Shown here: positions 60,058 to 64,000 of the stretch, in pieces
How the letters are laid out: every line of letters starts with the position of its first letter
Numbering within the stretch: the first letter of the stretch is position 1
Source of the DNA: an uncultured Verrucomicrobiales bacterium
GTDB lineage: Bacteria > Verrucomicrobiota > Verrucomicrobiia > Verrucomicrobiales > DEV007
Direction of reading: 5' to 3'
DNA: 64,000 bases
Assembly: GCA_938091905.1 (NCBI GenBank)
Contig: CALKOM010000001.1
Location: forward strand, 1-64,000
The notes under the pieces: generated by a model
Databases searched by the model: none
The model's input: only the letters and a program-made list of their open reading frames with translations
What the model was told of the DNA's origin: nothing
Position numbers and translations under genes: made by a program

Positions 60058-61535
60058 ACGAGGATAGGCTTGATGACTTTCCCATGCACATCCGTTAGGC
60101 GGAAGCGTCGCCCTTGGTAGCGGAAGGTGAGACGTTCGTGATCAACGCCCATGAGTTGCATGGCCGTGGCCTGAAAGTCGTGCACGTGCACGGGGTCCTG
60201 CGCGATGTTATAGCCAAGTTCATCGGTGGCTCCGTAGCTGGTGCCGGGTTTGATCCCGCCTCCAGCCATCCAGTAGGTAAAGCAGCGGGGATGATGATCG
60301 CGGCCGTTGGCGGCTTTGCTAGCCTTGCCTTGACTGTAGGTGGTCCGGCCGAATTCGCCTCCCCAGACGATGAGCGTGTTGTCCAGCAGACCGCGTTGCT
60401 TGAGATCGGTGACGAGAGCGGCTTGCGCTTGATCCACATCCTGACACTGTTTCGGAAGAGCTTTCAACAAGTCGCCATGCTGGTCCCAGCCGCGATGATA
60501 GAGTTGAATGAAGCGGACGCCGCGTTCGGCTAAACGACGGGCCAGGAGGCAGTTTGCGGCAAATTTGCCCGGTGTTTGGCATTCGGGTCCGTAGAGATCG
60601 AGGATGGATTTGGGCTCATTGCTAATGTCTGTGGCTTCCGGAACTGACATCTGCATGCGAAAGGCCATTTCGTACTGAGCGATGCGGGTGGCGATCTCGG
60701 GATCATGAAAGGTATCGTGTTGGATCTTGTTTAGAGCCTCGATTCGGTTAATCATGCGTCGGCGACTCTCGACCGATTCTCCTGGTTGGCTATTGAGGTA
60801 GAGCACCGGCGTCTTGCCACCGCGAAACTGCACGCCTTGATGCACACTTGGAAGGAAGCCGCTGCCCCAGAGTTTGGAATAAACGGGTTGGCTGCCGGGC
60901 CGACCCGTGCCATTTGAGATGAGTACCGTGAACGCTGGCAAATTGCTATTCTCTGCTCCGAGTCCATAGCTCATCCAAGCACCCATGCTGGGACGACCGG
61001 GCTGTTGGTGACCCGTTTGAAAGAAGGTCACTCCGGGATCATGATTGATCGCCTCTGTGTGCATGGATTTCACAAAGCAGAGATCATCGGCGATGCGTGC
61101 TGTGTGAGGGAGAAGTTCGCTTAGCCAGGCGCCACTCTTGCCATGTTGTTGGAAGGCAAAGTTAGAACGCGCAATCGGAAACGACGCTTGCCCAGCAGTC
61201 ATGCCGGTGAGGCGTTGAGTTTTTTCAATGAAGCCTTCCTTGCTCCAGGTTTTTGTCTTGGGATCGAAGCGTTTGAAGAGTTCCTTGCCGTGGTGTTCGT
61301 TAATCTTTGGTTTGTAGTCGAACAGGTCTTGTTGGGACGGTGCCCCGTTCATGAAGAGGAAGATGATCCTCTTCGCCTTTGGAGCGAGGTGCAAGCCGCG
61401 ACGTGCCACATCCGAAGCAAACGCGTTGGGCGCTAGTAGGGAATTCAGTGCTAGCGAGCCGATCCCGGCAGATCCTGCGCGGAGCAAGTGACGTCGGGTG
61501 ATGACGTGTTTCAGCAGTTCGGTGGGGGCATTCAT
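60054..61535 (-). CDS. DUF1501-family protein with Tat signal
   Basis: TRRHLL Tat motif; GAPSQQDLFDYKP; WDQH; GEFGRT; GRDHH. Confidence 0.94.
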   Translation of the reverse strand: MNAPTELLKHVITRRHLLRAGSAGIGSLALNSLLAPNAFASDVARRGLHLAPKAKRIIFLFMNGAPSQQDLFDYKPKINEHHGKELFKRFDPKTKTWSKEGFIEKTQRLTGMTAGQASFPIARSNFAFQQHGKSGAWLSELLPHTARIADDLCFVKSMHTEAINHDPGVTFFQTGHQQPGRPSMGAWMSYGLGAENSNLPAFTVLISNGTGRPGSQPVYSKLWGSGFLPSVHQGVQFRGGKTPVLYLNSQPGESVESRRRMINRIEALNKIQHDTFHDPEIATRIAQYEMAFRMQMSVPEATDISNEPKSILDLYGPECQTPGKFAANCLLARRLAERGVRFIQLYHRGWDQHGDLLKALPKQCQDVDQAQAALVTDLKQRGLLDNTLIVWGGEFGRTTYSQGKASKAANGRDHHPRCFTYWMAGGGIKPGTSYGATDELGYNIAQDPVHVHDFQATAMQLMGVDHERLTFRYQGRRFRLTDVHGKVIKPILV

Positions 61536-61635
61536 TCAGGGATATGTTACCCCAACGAGGCGCGTTTGTCCCGGTGGCAAACCAGGGAAAGATTCTTCTG
61601 GGATGCCGCTTGGGTTCAGTCCAAGGTTCACTACC

Positions 61636-64000
61636 ATGTGGAAGACCTTCTGTATCGTGTTTCTCCTAGCTCGAGGATGGCTTTCTGCGGATACGGACCA
61701 TTGGGCGTTTGAGCCTATTGAGGAACCGGAATCCAGACCAATCTCCATTGATACTTTAGTTGGGGAGAAGTTGGTGGAGAAGGGTCTTGAATGGTCTCCA
61801 GAGGCCGATAGGCGGACGCTCATTCGGCGACTCTATTTGGCCATGTTAGGAATACCTCCTAGTGTTGAGGAAATAGAAGCTTTCGTTGCCTATGAGGCAC
61901 CGAACGAAATCGCTTGGTCTCGTGTCGTGGATCGGGTGTTGGCCGACCCGCGCTATGGAGAACGGTGGGCACTGCATTGGTTAGACACCATTCGTTGGGC
62001 GGAGACGGTGGGATTCGAGACCAATGCACCTCGTCCGAATGCTTGGCACTACCGCGATTGGGTCATCGAGTCGTTCAATCGTGACCAGCCCTATGATCAG
62101 TTCATCTTTGAACAACTTGCGGGTGATACGTGTGAGGCGGATGCGGCCCTTGGCTTTCTCGTGGCCGGACCGGCAAATCTGCCGGGGCAGATTGGTCGGG
62201 ATGAATTGGCCATGCGCAGTGCGCGTCAGGATGAACTGGATGAAGTCATCCGGACGGTTAGCCAAACTTTCCTTGGGTTGACGGTGGGGTGTGCACGCTG
62301 TCATGACCATAAATTCGATCCGATTTCGGCGAAGGATTATTATGCGATGCAGGCGGTGTTTGCGGGTCTCCGCTATGGGGATCGGCGTCGACGTGGGCCC
62401 GAGAATGACGCTTGGACTGGTCGCGTCCCTTACATGACGGCGACAGTGCGAAAACTAGCAGCTGAGCTAGAGGCGTTACGGATCAGGCATGGCTTGAAGA
62501 CGCCTCTTGGAAATGTCGAGACTGTGTCGTTTGAACCCCTTCTTGCGCAAACAGTGCGCATGCGGATCAACGCGACTACGAATGGTAGTGCGGCTTCACT
62601 TTACGAGTTCGAGGTTTGGCAGGGAAAGGGTGCAGACGCGATGAATGTGGCGCTCGCTAGCCGGGGTGCCAAAGCCACGGCCTCAAGCTTCGCTTTGGAG
62701 AACCAAACTCGACACCCCGACTGCCTCAACGATGGGAGTGTGGATGAACGTCAGGCCTTTGCCTGGCGTGCAGGCGCAAATGGCCCTGCGTGGGTTCGCA
62801 TCGATCTTGTGGAACCGGCAATGCTCGAACGCGTGGTTTGGCAGCGCGGCTATAGCCAGCCTGCGGACTATGTGATTGAAGTTCAATCACCGGGAACGAC
62901 GACGTGGAATGAACTGGCCCATACTCGAGATCACTTTCCAACTCGAAGTGACACGCGCGCTGCGGCGTCGATTACCTTGGGAGATCTAACAAAGTCCGAT
63001 ATAGCAGAAATAGTCCGCTTGAACGGAGAACTTCGGCGGGCGCAGGCTGAGCTTGCCCGATTGCAAGCAGGCCCGCAGACCTATGCTGCGAGTTTCACTG
63101 ACAAGCCGGACACGACATGGCTATTGCATCGTGGAGATCCGATGCAGCGGAGAGAGGTCGTTGCTCCATCGGTGCCGGTGGCACTGGGGAGCTTGGGGGC
63201 TATCGACGAAGGTCCAGAGGTACGCCGACGGATTCGATTGGCGCGTCATCTTGCTGAGCCTAACCATCCTCTTACCGCGCGGGTGTTGGTCAATCGTGTC
63301 TGGCAATACCACTTCGGCACGGGTTTTGTCGACACGCCGTCGGATTTCGGGAAGATGGGTTCGCTTCCCACCCATCCGAGTTTGCTGGATTGGTTGGCGA
63401 GCGATTTCATGAATCATGGGTGGTCGATCAAGCACCTGCATCGTCGCATTCTCCACTCCCGGACGTTTCTTCAATCGAGCCGCCCGGATGCTCTTGCGCT
63501 TAAAGTGGATGCAGACACCCGTTTCCTCTGGCGCTTCCCCCCTCGGCGCGTGGCGGCCGAAGTTATCCGCGATTCCATGCTTGCTGCCAGCGGCAAGTTG
63601 AACCGGCGTGCGCATGGGGTTGGGTTCGATTTCTTTCGACAACAGGGAGGGCTCTCAGACTATCAGGCGCACGAAACGTTTGAGAGTGATGGTTGGCGGC
63701 GCATGGTTTACGCGCGCAAGATACGCATGCAAGCAGTCGATGTCTTTGGTGCCTTTGATTGTCCAGATGCAGGGCAAATGACTCCCAGGAGAACGCGGTC
63801 GATTACTCCAGTGCAATCGTTAGGGCTGATGAATAGCCCCTTCGCCCTTCGCCAAGCAGGGTTCTTTGCGAAGCGTATCGTGGCCGAGGTGGGAGGTGAT
63901 CCTGAGGCACAGGTGAGCCGTGCGATTGAGATCGCCTTGAATCGTCAAGCCGAGGTCGAGGAACGCAGAACTCTGGCCGCACTGGCTAGAGATCACGGCC
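61636..64000 (+). CDS. DUF1549/DUF1553 protein with discoidin (F5/8 type C)-like insert; partial, runs off the window
   Basis: Frame from ATG 61636 (MWKTF...DHWAF), spot-checked in frame at [21 protein letters not shown] and PLTARVLVNRVW; absent from the ORF track, consistent with no stop in the window. Confidence 0.9.
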   Translation, partial: MWKTFCIVFLLARGWLSADTDHWAFEPIEEPESRPISIDTLVGEKLVEKGLEWSPEADRRTLIRRLYLAMLGIPPSVEEIEAFVAYEAPNEIAWSRVVDRVLADPRYGERWALHWLDTIRWAETVGFETNAPRPNAWHYRDWVIESFNRDQPYDQFIFEQLAGDTCEADAALGFLVAGPANLPGQIGRDELAMRSARQDELDEVIRTVSQTFLGLTVGCARCHDHKFDPISAKDYYAMQAVFAGLRYGDRRRRGPENDAWTGRVPYMTATVRKLAAELEALRIRHGLKTPLGNVETVSFEPLLAQTVRMRINATTNGSAASLYEFEVWQGKGADAMNVALASRGAKATASSFALENQTRHPDCLNDGSVDERQAFAWRAGANGPAWVRIDLVEPAMLERVVWQRGYSQPADYVIEVQSPGTTTWNELAHTRDHFPTRSDTRAAASITLGDLTKSDIAEIVRLNGELRRAQAELARLQAGPQTYAASFTDKPDTTWLLHRGDPMQRREVVAPSVPVALGSLGAIDEGPEVRRRIRLARHLAEPNHPLTARVLVNRVWQYHFGTGFVDTPSDFGKMGSLPTHPSLLDWLASDFMNHGWSIKHLHRRILHSRTFLQSSRPDALALKVDADTRFLWRFPPRRVAAEVIRDSMLAASGKLNRRAHGVGFDFFRQQGGLSDYQAHETFESDGWRRMVYARKIRMQAVDVFGAFDCPDAGQMTPRRTRSITPVQSLGLMNSPFALRQAGFFAKRIVAEVGGDPEAQVSRAIEIALNRQAEVEERRTLAALARDHG

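Overview
Chromosomal segment of a PVC-superphylum bacterium, most likely Verrucomicrobiota. Support for this: a PEP-CTERM protein, DUF1501 and DUF1549/DUF1553 cytochrome modules, a PVC-type CxxCH heme protein, CotH/lamin-tail and LamG/PA14 surface proteins, and a double-length UvrA. It carries housekeeping genes (hisD, moaC, uvrA, fabZ-like, ctaA/COX15, DegP-like protease), a GH88 sugar-acid locus, a bactofilin pair, an ABC exporter and many secreted proteins. I found no rRNA, tRNA, transposase, integrase, prophage or true CRISPR array. Several loci are decaying through nonsense codons, frameshifts and internal deletions: a CotH gene, a MerR regulator, and a LeuB-like/DUF1537/Gfo-Idh-MocA cluster. 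The best leads are (i) a membrane-anchored OB-fold protein with a toxin-like nuclease tip followed by a small Cys-rich acidic partner, (ii) a C-terminal SxDL...RxR domain shared by unrelated secreted proteins, a candidate sorting signal, (iii) a Zn-ribbon bactofilin that seems to need a non-canonical ACG start, and (iv) a Ste24-like protease co-transcribed with a prenyltransferase-repeat protein. All family assignments come from motif recognition by eye, not from database searches.
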